Assembly (NCBI GenBank): GCA_963668025.2
Contig: CAXXTH010000017.1
Location: 1,344,001 to 1,408,000 of the forward strand
Reading direction: 5' to 3'
Origin: Candidatus Hydrogenedentota bacterium
Lineage (GTDB): Bacteria; Hydrogenedentota; Hydrogenedentia; Hydrogenedentales; SLHB01
Length of the DNA: 64,000 nucleotides
The notes under the pieces are model-generated. The model made no database searches. It saw only the letters and a list, made by a program, of their open reading frames with translations, and had not been told where the DNA came from. This document shows positions 1-10,117 of this stretch, one piece after another. The first letter of the stretch is position 1. Every line of letters starts with the position of its first letter. Made by a program: the position numbers and the translations under genes.

Positions 1-1413
1 GTTCGCCGTCATCACTCCGCCGGACACCGATACATTAGACATGTTGGCGGTGGTCCAGCCTTCCGTGGTGTTTCCATTGAACTCGTAGTATTTCCATCTC
101 GCGGCGGGAGCTAATACGCCACACAAGGCATAGCTGCTTTCGGAAGCGCTCCACAGGTACGGATCGCCCGTCGAGTCCCATGTATACAGGCACTGCCCTG
201 AGAATCCATACGAGCCATATATGGAATCCCTAAGATCGTCGAGGCACGTTGCCGCGGATTGGAGAGTCGGATACATGCTTTTCCAGGCGCCGATCTCGGA
301 TGCAAAGAATGGTTTTTCATCTTTGTCGATAATGCTCCACTCCATGGAACCCAATGCAGTCGCAAGGCTCCAATTGGTGTCTGGGTAGAGATGAATGTCA
401 ATGTACGAGATGGCATCAGAGCCGGGTTGGGAGAACCAGTAAATGCGGGCGGGCCAGCGGGGATCAGCGGCGTTTCGCGGCAGCAGGCCGTTGAAGCCCG
501 CATGCCCCACCGCGTAATTGGTAAAGACACTCGTACTGCAAACGGCGTCCGGTATGGCGTTTCGGATGGATTCCGCGCATGCGGCGGCGTACTGGCCCAA
601 TCCTTCATCATGGCATGACTGCCGTTGGGAGTCGATGGCCATGTTATACGTGCCCGTTACCGTGGTGACATTGCCGGATGTAAGGCTGAACGGCTCATAA
701 TCCGTTCTCGAGCAAATTTCATTCGCCACCTCGAAGGCAAGGATGGTGTTCACCAGCTCGCCTCCATCCGCCGCCGCGATTTCCGTGGCGAATTCCTCCC
801 AGAACGTGCAGGCGGAATTCCAGCCGCCGGGAGAGTAATAATACGTATTCCATCCGGTTACATTCGCAATCTGGCCGGCATTAAAAATACTTACATAGTA
901 GGTGTTGATGGGCGCGAAATTGACGGATATGATCACATAAATATTGTAGTAAGTCGCACGTTCCAGAAAATCGATCACATTGTCCATGTAATCGGGATAC
1001 AGCTCGATCTGATTCCGGCTATAGGGCCCAGCCATGCTGTAGTTCGGATCTCGGGTGGTGCCGTCAAGCCATATCCGGACCATATTATAACCGGCGTTCG
1101 ACATCGTAGCCAGAGTGGATTCCGCCAGCGTGGCGTCATATACGCTCACATTGAACTGGCATTGTACGAAGTTGGCGTCAATGCGTTGGAAGACGTTGCC
1201 TTCGGGATAAAAAGTCTTTCCCGCGCAATCTCCCTCCGCGAAGTAAAACTCTCCATATGTCGAGCCGCTCCGGCAGCCGATTTTTGGCAATTCCGCGAAA
1301 GCGGAGGAGCAAGCCAGCGCGGCGGCTATACACATCATTCCCCACGCGCCAGCAGAGAGCATCCTAGAAGATGGCCGTTTTTTATTTTCATGACTTTCGA
1401 AGCCTGTAAACAT
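1..1413 (-). CDS. Secreted clan GH-A (GH5-like) glycoside hydrolase, runs off the left edge (not in the ORF track)
   Basis: Manual translation: ATG at 1413 after AGGAGG (1422-1427), open to base 1. Signal peptide (CIAAALACSSAFA), GYNMVRIW, FEVANE (acid/base NE), IDIHLY, KPFFASEIG (nucleophile), then a probable accessory module starting YEFNGNTTEGWT. Confidence 0.8.
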   Translation of the reverse strand, partial: MFTGFESHENKKRPSSRMLSAGAWGMMCIAAALACSSAFAELPKIGCRSGSTYGEFYFAEGDCAGKTFYPEGNVFQRIDANFVQCQFNVSVYDATLAESTLATMSNAGYNMVRIWLDGTTRDPNYSMAGPYSRNQIELYPDYMDNVIDFLERATYYNIYVIISVNFAPINTYYVSIFNAGQIANVTGWNTYYYSPGGWNSACTFWEEFATEIAAADGGELVNTILAFEVANEICSRTDYEPFSLTSGNVTTVTGTYNMAIDSQRQSCHDEGLGQYAAACAESIRNAIPDAVCSTSVFTNYAVGHAGFNGLLPRNAADPRWPARIYWFSQPGSDAISYIDIHLYPDTNWSLATALGSMEWSIIDKDEKPFFASEIGAWKSMYPTLQSAATCLDDLRDSIYGSYGFSGQCLYTWDSTGDPYLWSASESSYALCGVLAPAARWKYYEFNGNTTEGWTTANMSNVSVSGGVMTAN

Positions 1414-1688
1414 GGTGTAACCCTCCTGTAATGTTACTGCGCCAAATAAAAATCCTGACGTGGGCGATGCCTTACCCCAAAAGGCAATCTTCATACAAAA
1501 TGGAGGCATTGTTTGTTATCTTCAAAAGTGTTGCAGGGGAGCATGCATGTTTGACTGGAGCCAGCGGCCCTCCCCGCCCGCCAGCGCCGTGCCCCATGCT
1601 TATGGCCTGGTGCAATCCCTTTATTAGTTCTGTTTTTTGGGCCACCTCGCTTTCTTGTTCTAGGGAGAAATGAACCCAGCTCACTTCG

Positions 1689-3140
1689 TTACGATTCATT
1701 CTCCTGGCGTGTTTCATTTTCGAGAGGAGAGGTTAAAACAAATTCCTCTCGATAAAGGGCGTGTTGCATGGGATTTGGGTGGAATCGCTGTTGAATGCGG
1801 TGAAATAGGGTGGAAGCTTCTTCCATGCTGGAAATGCATCCGGCCGCGACTGCGGCAATCATGGCGGCGCCTTGGCATGCAGGCTCCTCGCAGTCTACTT
1901 TCAAGACATCCATTCCAAGCAAGTCGGCCTTGAGTTGCAGCCATGTCTCACTCCGCGCTCCGCCGCCCGTGGCAAGGATTTGCGCGGGCATGGGGCCGGG
2001 ATGCAGCTTCTTAATCAGATGGGATAGGGCTAAGGCATTGCCCTCGATAATAGCGCGGACGAAATGCCCATGCTGGTGGGAAGGGGCCATGTTTTTAAAA
2101 TTTGTATCGAGTGTAGTTCCTTTTAGGTCAGGCTCCGCCCGCAAACCCAGGCTTCCTGGAGGCACATCCTCCGCAAGACGGATAAGCTCCGGGATGGATA
2201 GTTCAGGAGCACAGTTTTTTTGATACCAGTCCAGATTGGAGGTCCCAGTATCATTGAAAGCGAGCCGGTAATATTCCCCTTGCACAATCGCAGGCCCCAC
2301 GCAACTGGCGGGCTGCGGCTGGAATTGCTTGGACAAGGCAATACAGGCGAGCACCGTTCCCGTGGATTCACAGACTCCCGCCAAGGAGCCTATGCCCGCG
2401 CCGAGAGCGGCCATATAATGGTCTAGCGCTCCTGAGGCCAGCAAGGTTCCGGGCGTCAAGCCGATGCGCCGCGCCCCTGTTTCCGATAGGGGGCCCACAA
2501 GCGAACCAGTGCGGAGCGGCTTCGATAAGGCGTCGATGGATATGCCGAGCCGTTCTAATGGCTGGGGCCACCAACACTCCTTCTGTTGGTCCCACATCCC
2601 TGTCAAGGAGGCGGTGGACATATCCCCAAGCCGTTTTCCCGTCAGGCCAAATACAAGGTAGTCCGAAATGGTCTGAACAAAACGCACCTGGCTCCAGATG
2701 TGTGGTTCCCGCTGGCGGAGCCACTCGAGTTTGTAATAACACGATTCACAGCCGTCAAGCCCAAGCCCTGCAATCGCCAGAAGCTCTTCCTGGCTCCTCA
2801 GGCATGCGCCGTGTTCCACTATGGATTGCGCCCGGCGGTCTGGCCAAAGAATCAGCGGAGTAAGGCATTCGCCTGCGGCATCTAGAAGGACAAAGCTATT
2901 GGCTTGCGAGGAATACGCCAGCGCCGATATATCTTCAGGCGCTACGCCAGCGTGCTGGAGGGCCTCTTGGACGATTTGGCGCAAGAGCTCCCAAAACGCG
3001 TCTGCTGGCGATTCGCATCTATCCGCGGATTCGTATTTCTCCAATGGCGCGCGGCCAAGCCCGAGCAGTTTTCCCTCTCTGCTGAACACGGCCGCTTTAA
3101 AAAATGTGGTGCCGAGGTCGATACCGACGAAAAGAGACAT
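1689..3140 (-). CDS. FGGY-family sugar kinase
   Basis: GIDLGTT, LILWPDRR, ESTGT, VRAIIEG, TGGGARS..WLQLKAD motifs. Confidence 0.9.
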   Translation of the reverse strand: MSLFVGIDLGTTFFKAAVFSREGKLLGLGRAPLEKYESADRCESPADAFWELLRQIVQEALQHAGVAPEDISALAYSSQANSFVLLDAAGECLTPLILWPDRRAQSIVEHGACLRSQEELLAIAGLGLDGCESCYYKLEWLRQREPHIWSQVRFVQTISDYLVFGLTGKRLGDMSTASLTGMWDQQKECWWPQPLERLGISIDALSKPLRTGSLVGPLSETGARRIGLTPGTLLASGALDHYMAALGAGIGSLAGVCESTGTVLACIALSKQFQPQPASCVGPAIVQGEYYRLAFNDTGTSNLDWYQKNCAPELSIPELIRLAEDVPPGSLGLRAEPDLKGTTLDTNFKNMAPSHQHGHFVRAIIEGNALALSHLIKKLHPGPMPAQILATGGGARSETWLQLKADLLGMDVLKVDCEEPACQGAAMIAAVAAGCISSMEEASTLFHRIQQRFHPNPMQHALYREEFVLTSPLENETRQENES

Positions 3141-3193
3141 GCCTGCAAACCTCCGCCCGCATGGGCGCCTAAGCCTTAGGTGCGATGCTTTCC

Positions 3194-4552
3194 CTATACT
3201 CGGGACATTGTGGGCGCCACTGGCGCGCTGGCGTTCCGAAGGCGGTTTAGCAGCCGGGCGGTTGCCTCGACTATGCGCTCTCCGCTTTTATAATCATACA
3301 GGGCGTTGCCTGCTTCGTAGCTTTTCCGGCGCACGGCGTCTTCAGTAACGATGTACCCTTGAAGCTCTCCATTTGCTAGAGAGATGACAAAGGTGTCTTT
3401 GTACATTTTTCTGGTTTGAAGGGAATATTCGACGAATATCTCGCCAGGCCATGCGACGAAAGCCCAGGGGCCCAGTTTCCACGCCAATATTTCACAGGGC
3501 ATGCTTGCCAAGTAGGCGCTTTGGAGGCGTCCATCAAGTGCGGCTTGAGCTAATGTCAAGGCTTCTTCGGCTCCAAACCAGTCACACTCGGCTGTGCGCA
3601 CCACCTTGGCGGGCGCCTTTGTTTGGCGCAGGTGCTGCAATTGCACGATAGTTTGTTGCAGCCGCTCTTCCGCTTCGGCCACGCTCGGCAGCACCCGGGG
3701 AATGAGCTCCAGCTTGGTTTGTTCAACGGCGATGTCTATATGCTGCAGGTACTTTATCGATGGAATGACTTTTTTGATCGTTTTCCCGACCTCAAGCCCG
3801 AGCCTTCGCGCGGCCACAAAGTCGTTGGTGCTCAGGATATACCGGGGGCTTTGATTGCCAGCAGGCCCGGTGTGGTACACCACCGGGCATTCACTGCCCA
3901 AGACCGTATCTTGCAGATATTGGCGTGTAAAGCCGGGAAAATCGCTGCTGACTAGAGTCGAGTCTTCGTGTAAAACCGTTGGATGTACGGAATACACAAC
4001 CATACAGGCTATGTATGCATGGCTGTTTGCGCTGCGGACGGCCAGCACGGGAATCTCGGGATCGCTAGGCCCATTGGGATCATGCCGGTTTGTTTGGCTG
4101 TTTGGCGCTCTGGTTACCGCGAGGCCTATTTCCGCAGGCTGGGCGGCGGCCCTCGCTTTAATGGCGGACTCGAATATTTGCTCCTCTACAAAACGGACAT
4201 ATTCCTCATCCGCCAAAGGCACAATGGGATCATTTGAACAAGCAAGTACGTTGGCGGTCACCGGGGCCGAATGCGTATGCGTGGCGGTCAGCATGATGTG
4301 CGAGTGCGGTATTCCCGTATCCTCGGCGATCCGCGCGCGGATTCTTCCGCAGGAATCTTTGGAAAGGTACAGCGTATCATTCGCTACTATGATTACTTCT
4401 TCGCTGCCGTTACATAAATACAAAGAACTGGATAACAAAGGGTCGTGAATCCCGGTGCTTTGCCTTGGGACATGCGGGTATCCGAAAAGGAATTGAGAGT
4501 TATTAGGTGAAATATCCGTAACCGCCGCGCCTGCCATGAGTGTTGTCGCCAT
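3194..4552 (-). CDS. Neutral/alkaline ceramidase-like Zn amidohydrolase
   Basis: GIHDPL, ATHTHSAP, YSVHPT, PGEIFVEY, LANG..GYIVT, SYEA; no signal peptide; RBS GAGGAG. Confidence 0.8.
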   Translation of the reverse strand: MATTLMAGAAVTDISPNNSQFLFGYPHVPRQSTGIHDPLLSSSLYLCNGSEEVIIVANDTLYLSKDSCGRIRARIAEDTGIPHSHIMLTATHTHSAPVTANVLACSNDPIVPLADEEYVRFVEEQIFESAIKARAAAQPAEIGLAVTRAPNSQTNRHDPNGPSDPEIPVLAVRSANSHAYIACMVVYSVHPTVLHEDSTLVSSDFPGFTRQYLQDTVLGSECPVVYHTGPAGNQSPRYILSTNDFVAARRLGLEVGKTIKKVIPSIKYLQHIDIAVEQTKLELIPRVLPSVAEAEERLQQTIVQLQHLRQTKAPAKVVRTAECDWFGAEEALTLAQAALDGRLQSAYLASMPCEILAWKLGPWAFVAWPGEIFVEYSLQTRKMYKDTFVISLANGELQGYIVTEDAVRRKSYEAGNALYDYKSGERIVEATARLLNRLRNASAPVAPTMSRV

Positions 4553-5329
4553 GCTAACTATCTCCTCGAATTCTTATGTTGAAAGGCCGCAAGGCCCAAA
4601 AGATCTCTTCTACTTGTGCCTATCTGTTTACGGGCAGGCATGTTCCATCACTGGTGTGTATCGAGCCCGTACATGAATTATACCTGTGATTATCTGTTAA
4701 TTCAAGCAAATTTACATAAAATAAAAAATATATTCTACACCAATATTCTTGCCAGGAAGGCGGAAAGCATGCTATGGTTTGCTCGGGTTTATTGGCTTGG
4801 CCGTACAATATCAACCCATGAGGGATGCGTAAAATTCCTTTGTATTGGCGAAATACCCCGTATTTTCAGGGTGTTATGAAGCAGGCTAGGCAATTTTAGG
4901 GGTCTTGACAAAGTGTGTGATTATGTGATAACTTGAGCCTAGTTAGGACTCAAAGTCAATATGGCTTGAACATAGTTGGCGCATGAACCTAAATGAGCAG
5001 GTGGAGTGGATTCGAGCTATGAATGGCAGTGAAGGCTTCATCTCGATGACGGAATGGGCGGCAAGCCTCTCCGCAAGCAGAAAGATGCCTCCATACAACG
5101 CGGCCAGGTTCGTCGAAGCCGTTTTCGCCCCATATATGTTTAAGCCAATTTCCGCCGCGATAGCGGCCATGCCTCATGTTCATTTTCCCCAGTGCTTGCA
5201 TTCGAAACCGGGCAATATTGGAATTACTCTTCCTATTTCGCCGCCATTCTCGAAATCAACATCAAAGCGCAACCGAGGCTCATTCATCCGAGGATAGTGA
5301 TCCTTAATACGGAAAGGAGAACAACGCTC

Positions 5330-6724
5330 ATGCAAAACAAAAAGTCGTTAATGGGGCTGTGTCCGATGGGAAAGTTTGTGTTTAGCAACGAGGATGCAAT
5401 CCGCTATAAAAAAATCATCCAGCAAAAACTCACGCAATGGGGCGTCTCCTATGTGGATCTCGAGGGCGTTCTCGAAGATGGCCTGGTGAAGGACCAAAGC
5501 CATGTGGATGCCGCCGTGGCGCATTTCAGCAAGGCGGGCGTGGATTGCGTCTTCATGCCCCACTGCAACTTTGGAACAGAGGGCGCCGTGGGTGTTATCG
5601 CCCGGAAGCTGGGCGTTCCCGTGCTGTTGTGGGGTCCACGGGACGAGGCCCCGCTGCCCGATGGAAAGCGGCTCCGCGATACATTGTGCGGCCTATTCGC
5701 CTCGACTAAGGTGGTGCATAAGCTGGGAATTCCATTCACCTATATTGAAAACTGCTGGGTGGATGACCCCCTCTTTGAGCAAGGCGTTGACACATTCATG
5801 CGCGCCGTAAACGTGGCCAATATATTCCGCAAAGGTTCCAGGATCGCGATGGTGGGCGATCGCATTGATTTCTTCTGGACGACCATCATCAATGAAAGCG
5901 AATTGCTGAACCGTTTCAACATCGAAGTGCTTCCTGTCGATATGGTCGAATTTATCCGGGCGGCTAAGAATAGGGCGAAAGAAGGGCATAGCGGGTACCT
6001 AAAGCAAGTCAAAGAGCTGCGGGCGGCGTATTCCGTGGTAGGCCTTGACGGCAACGATGAACCGCTCGTGAATGTGCTGGCCGTGGCTGATCATCTGAAA
6101 GCGATGGGCAACGATTATGGCCTTGCCGGATTTGCCTTCCGCGGGTTCATGTCGATCATTGATGAAATGGGCGCGTATTGCTGCCACGCGGACAGCCTGG
6201 TCGCGGAAGAATTCGCGTATGGGTATGAATGCGACATCCATGGAGCGCTCAGCGATCTCATCGTGCGGCGCGCCCAATATAACACTCAAGCCGCGTTCCT
6301 GGCGGAATTCACCGTGCGCCATCCCTTAAACGAAAATGCCGCGCTGTTGTGGCATGCGGGCGCGCCTATGTCGATGTGCCATCCGAATGACAAGCCCAAG
6401 CTGGGCCACCACTGGATCTTGCCTAGCCCCTTGTCGGGAATGAATCATTTCCAACTCAAAGACGGCCCCATCACAGTGGCGCGCTTCGATGGCGACCATA
6501 GTTGCTACAAGCTGGCGTTTGGCGAAGGCCACACGGTCGAAGGGCCGTTCACGCTTAACAACTACTGCTGGATGGAAGTAAATGACTGGCCCCGCTGGGA
6601 GCGCACGCTGATGGAAGGCCCCTTCATGCACCACATCGCCATGATTTACGGGCAATGCGCAAACGCATTGGAAGAAGCCTGCAAATATATCCCAGGGCTT
6701 GAGCCGGTCAAACTTGGCGGATAA
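5330..6724 (+). CDS. L-fucose/L-arabinose isomerase-family protein
   Basis: Start moved to ATG 5330 (AAAGGAGA upstream). HCNFGTE, DTLCG, ECDIHGA, LLWHAG, HHIAMIYG motifs. Confidence 0.8.
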   Translation: MQNKKSLMGLCPMGKFVFSNEDAIRYKKIIQQKLTQWGVSYVDLEGVLEDGLVKDQSHVDAAVAHFSKAGVDCVFMPHCNFGTEGAVGVIARKLGVPVLLWGPRDEAPLPDGKRLRDTLCGLFASTKVVHKLGIPFTYIENCWVDDPLFEQGVDTFMRAVNVANIFRKGSRIAMVGDRIDFFWTTIINESELLNRFNIEVLPVDMVEFIRAAKNRAKEGHSGYLKQVKELRAAYSVVGLDGNDEPLVNVLAVADHLKAMGNDYGLAGFAFRGFMSIIDEMGAYCCHADSLVAEEFAYGYECDIHGALSDLIVRRAQYNTQAAFLAEFTVRHPLNENAALLWHAGAPMSMCHPNDKPKLGHHWILPSPLSGMNHFQLKDGPITVARFDGDHSCYKLAFGEGHTVEGPFTLNNYCWMEVNDWPRWERTLMEGPFMHHIAMIYGQCANALEEACKYIPGLEPVKLGG

Positions 6725-6877
6725 TACAGTCATGTATTTTCACCGTTAGGTGGTTCTTTCACATCATATAATCGCTGAAGAATATGCAAACGAAAGGAGG
6801 AGGTGAAGAAGGGCAAGCAATACGCATTCATAGATGGCGATATTGGGTGTTTTTAATACAGAGAAGGAGCATTCAAA

Positions 6878-7957
6878 ATGCAAAAGAGAGGGTTTACGCT
6901 TATTGAACTGCTGGTCGTAATCGCGATTATTGCGATTCTTGCAGCAATTTTGCTTCCTGCATTAGCCCGGGCGCGCGAAGCCGCACGCCGGGCGTCTTGC
7001 GCAAGCAATCTCAAACAGTTTGGCATCATCTTCAAGATGTACGCCAACGAAGCTAACGGCAAATTCCCGCCCATGGCCAAATACAGGCGGACGGATGCAC
7101 GGAATCAAGGGTGCGGGTATATGCTCGGATTCGATGGCGGGATTCTGTACCCGGATTATTGGAACGATCCCAGCATTGCGCGCTGCCCATCGGATGCCGG
7201 CGGGGATGAAATAGGAGCGTGGTTCAAGATGGAAGAAGACTATCCCGCCATGGTCAAGCGGGTCGCCGAGTCCACTACGGGTACGGCTGAGAATAAAAAA
7301 ATGTGTCTGGAATCGATTCTTTCCGTTCCAATTTCGTATTGCTACAACGGGTATCTCGCCTCCACGGAATCGCAAATCGCTGTCTGGCAATGGACCATGG
7401 CGGTCAACGCGGACGCACAGGCCACGCAGTCACCATGCACCGCGAGGACGTTTAATGTTTATGATGCAAAGCTAGTCGATTCTGCGGCTTGCGGCAACAT
7501 CTACACCTGCACGTGCGATGGCCAGGCCCATCCCGACAGCATGAAGTCGCTGTTTGGAGCCAAGGCATATGACAACGATGGCGTCACCTTGGTGCCCACG
7601 AGCTATCCGATGCTGAGGGAAGGCGTCGAACGCTTCTTGATCACGGATATCAACAATCCTGCCGCGGGTTCAGTCGGCCAGAGCACCATTCCGGTGATGT
7701 GGGATTCGTATGTAAACAGCGTCACGATTAATGCAGCAGGTGGCGGCAGCGATAATGGCGTGATCCGGTTCAACCATGTCCCCGGCGGAAGCAATGTGAT
7801 GTTCATGGATGGACATGTTTCATTTATCCGGCTCAATGGCGGCTCGCCTATCCATTCGGAGTTTGATAAGAAATCCGTCGCGGGCGGTTCTATTGCCTCC
7901 ATAAAAAACCAGAGTTATTGGCAGTGGTCCCTGTCGCTGATGGGCGGCATGGGCTGA
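6878..7957 (+). CDS. Prepilin-type N-terminal cleavage/methylation protein, DUF1559 / H-X9-DG family
   Basis: [43 protein letters not shown]; C-terminal [17 protein letters not shown]; RBS AAGGAG. Confidence 0.92.
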   Translation: MQKRGFTLIELLVVIAIIAILAAILLPALARAREAARRASCASNLKQFGIIFKMYANEANGKFPPMAKYRRTDARNQGCGYMLGFDGGILYPDYWNDPSIARCPSDAGGDEIGAWFKMEEDYPAMVKRVAESTTGTAENKKMCLESILSVPISYCYNGYLASTESQIAVWQWTMAVNADAQATQSPCTARTFNVYDAKLVDSAACGNIYTCTCDGQAHPDSMKSLFGAKAYDNDGVTLVPTSYPMLREGVERFLITDINNPAAGSVGQSTIPVMWDSYVNSVTINAAGGGSDNGVIRFNHVPGGSNVMFMDGHVSFIRLNGGSPIHSEFDKKSVAGGSIASIKNQSYWQWSLSLMGGMG

Positions 7958-7993
7958 CGCCTGGTTTATCACTATACACATGCGTCCCCATGA

Positions 7994-8037
7994 ATGGGCG
8001 GCCTGCCCAGTTCTCCATATACAGGCGGGCCGCCCAT
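7994..8037 (+). terminator. Stem-loop after the DUF1559 gene (terminator or RNA-stabilising hairpin)
   Basis: atgggcggcctgcc ... ggcgggccgcccat, 14-bp stem with one G-U pair; weak U tract. Confidence 0.55.
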
Positions 8038-8102
8038 ATTACAGCAGACTTCAAAAAACAATACGTGGCAACCAAACATGATGCGGAGAAAGGGAAGGAC
8101 GC

Positions 8103-10073
8103 ATGAGTATGAGATGTGCTTTCGCGGTGATGCTCAATACGCTACTTATTCAAGCTTACGGTGCGCCAGCTCAAGATTACGCTTTGCCGGAGCACGTCAA
8201 TGATTGGCTTCATCATCCCGTTTATGGCGACCCTTCCTTTGATGCCTTCATCCATTCCAAGAGCAATCCCATCCACACCGGTGCGCCACCCTACGAGTGG
8301 CCGGTGAATGGGTTCTGCTTCGAAGATCCCGTTTCCAAGAATTGGTATTTATATGCGGGGCTGTATGCCGCGGGGTATGCGCTCGATAATGGCAAAGACA
8401 TGATATGCCTGCTATACCGGTCGTCGGACAAGGGGAAATCTTGGGAAAAATTGGGCCCTGTTTTTAGCGATGAGAAGTTCTATGTCACCACCAGCAAGCT
8501 CCCGGTGATCAACGCCCCAGACGTGTCCGTGGTGTATGCCGATGGGCGGTATCATATGGTGTATGACTTTGGGACGGAAAACTCGGAGTTTGATACCGTT
8601 TGGGATCCCAAAGGAGGCGGGGCGGAGAGCGGAGTCGCATATGCGGTGGCGGACAAGCCGGAGGGGCCTTTCCAGCGGATCCCGATGCCAGTATATGCGG
8701 TGAGCACGCAGCAGGCGCTGCTGGGCAAATATAGGCGTGGTTATGCCGCCACGCTGGTGAAGCGTGAGAAGGATTGGATGGTCCTGTTCATGATGGACTC
8801 GAACATCCATTATAGCTGGGGCTTGTTCGGCGTCACCGCTCCGAAGCCGGAAGGCCCATATTCCGCGCCAGTGCCGTTGAAGCTGGTCGAGGGGGATGAC
8901 TATTATCCGCCATTATTGGAGTATTTCCCCGCGTTCGTACATGAGGGATACGTCTATTCACCCGCGACCTCCGTCGCGCTGAACCGCAATTACCAGGCCA
9001 TGCTCAAGGCCCCGCTCGATGAAGCGATGAATCCCGATGCGTGGGAGATTTCGCAAGACGGTTCAGTGTGGCATTCTGATGTTGTTCCAAATGAATATTA
9101 CGGCATATGGGGCCAGACATTTTCTGGCTTCGTGGACGGCGATTCCATGTTGCAAGTGATGTATCCTTCACGCAACGCGGAAGGGATGGGGACGATCAAC
9201 TGGGCGTCGCGCCCCTGGGGCCAGTTGTATCGCGAGAAGGGGTTTGTCTTGACGGCATCCCAAGGCCCGAGCATCGCATTGTTGAAGCAAGGCTTCACCG
9301 CATTCCGCCTGGATGCGGAACTCCAAATATCGGGCGAATGCGCCGTTATATGGGACTACGCGGCGGCGCTCGAGCCGGATAAGCTCAGCGCGGACGCATC
9401 GCTCCATGCCGCTTCACTGTCGCGGTACAGCGGGTTATCCATCAAGGGAGCGCAGTGGAGCATCGGGCAATATGACGCCCAAGGCGCGTACGCGCAACAG
9501 GCCGCAGGCAGCCTATCGGACGCGTTGCCGGCAACGATGAAAATCGAAATCAGCCGGGACGCCGAAGGCGCGGTGCGGGTAGCCATTGGCGGCGAGGAAG
9601 TGTGGAGCGGCTCCATGCACGGTGCGGGCGGGCTAGTGGGCTTACTGGCCCCGGCCCATTCCAACATCACGGCCACCCGGTTCAATGTCGAAGGCGATAG
9701 GATGAACGGCGGTTTATGGCTTGGAGCTGGGGATGCGATTCTAGCGGCGGGCGATGTGCCCGATAAGTGGGAGATGGCGGAAAACGCCGCGTTTCGTTTT
9801 GGGCGTGGAGCGGTTTCCCTTCTGTCCAATTCGCGTGCTAAGTGGAATTTCGTGGGAACGGGATTCGCCGTGAATGCCCCGTCGGGGCCGGAATACGGAA
9901 AAGCACGGGCGTTCCTTAATGGGGAAGACCTTGGAACCGTGGACTTTTATTCCGAACAAGCCCAGCCTTCCCATGTGATTTTGGAACGCAAGCACTTAAA
10001 GAACGACAAAAACGCGCTTGTCCTTAAAGATATCCAAGGCCGGATTCCGCTGGATTGCATCGAAATTTATTGA
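8103..10073 (+). CDS. Secreted beta-propeller glycoside hydrolase-like protein (GH43/GH32-like) with C-terminal beta-sandwich modules
   Basis: Signal peptide; Asp-box SSDKGKSW; NAPDVSVVYADGRYHMVY; YAVADKPEGPF and TAPKPEGPYS blade repeats; C-terminal WNFVGTGF..GPEYGKA..LNG module. Confidence 0.65.
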   Translation: MSMRCAFAVMLNTLLIQAYGAPAQDYALPEHVNDWLHHPVYGDPSFDAFIHSKSNPIHTGAPPYEWPVNGFCFEDPVSKNWYLYAGLYAAGYALDNGKDMICLLYRSSDKGKSWEKLGPVFSDEKFYVTTSKLPVINAPDVSVVYADGRYHMVYDFGTENSEFDTVWDPKGGGAESGVAYAVADKPEGPFQRIPMPVYAVSTQQALLGKYRRGYAATLVKREKDWMVLFMMDSNIHYSWGLFGVTAPKPEGPYSAPVPLKLVEGDDYYPPLLEYFPAFVHEGYVYSPATSVALNRNYQAMLKAPLDEAMNPDAWEISQDGSVWHSDVVPNEYYGIWGQTFSGFVDGDSMLQVMYPSRNAEGMGTINWASRPWGQLYREKGFVLTASQGPSIALLKQGFTAFRLDAELQISGECAVIWDYAAALEPDKLSADASLHAASLSRYSGLSIKGAQWSIGQYDAQGAYAQQAAGSLSDALPATMKIEISRDAEGAVRVAIGGEEVWSGSMHGAGGLVGLLAPAHSNITATRFNVEGDRMNGGLWLGAGDAILAAGDVPDKWEMAENAAFRFGRGAVSLLSNSRAKWNFVGTGFAVNAPSGPEYGKARAFLNGEDLGTVDFYSEQAQPSHVILERKHLKNDKNALVLKDIQGRIPLDCIEIY

Positions 10074-10117
10074 CGCCAAAACGTAGGTATTCCTGATGTA
10101 AATCGCTCATTCATAAC

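Noticed and set aside
625-1431. 268-aa + strand ORF
   Set aside because: Antisense shadow of the GH5-like gene; no motifs.
4905-4933. TTGACA upstream of the isomerase
   Set aside because: The -10 match is poor at normal spacing, so I did not call a promoter.
4983-5297. 104-aa intergenic ORF
   Set aside because: No RBS and no recognisable domain; cannot be supported.
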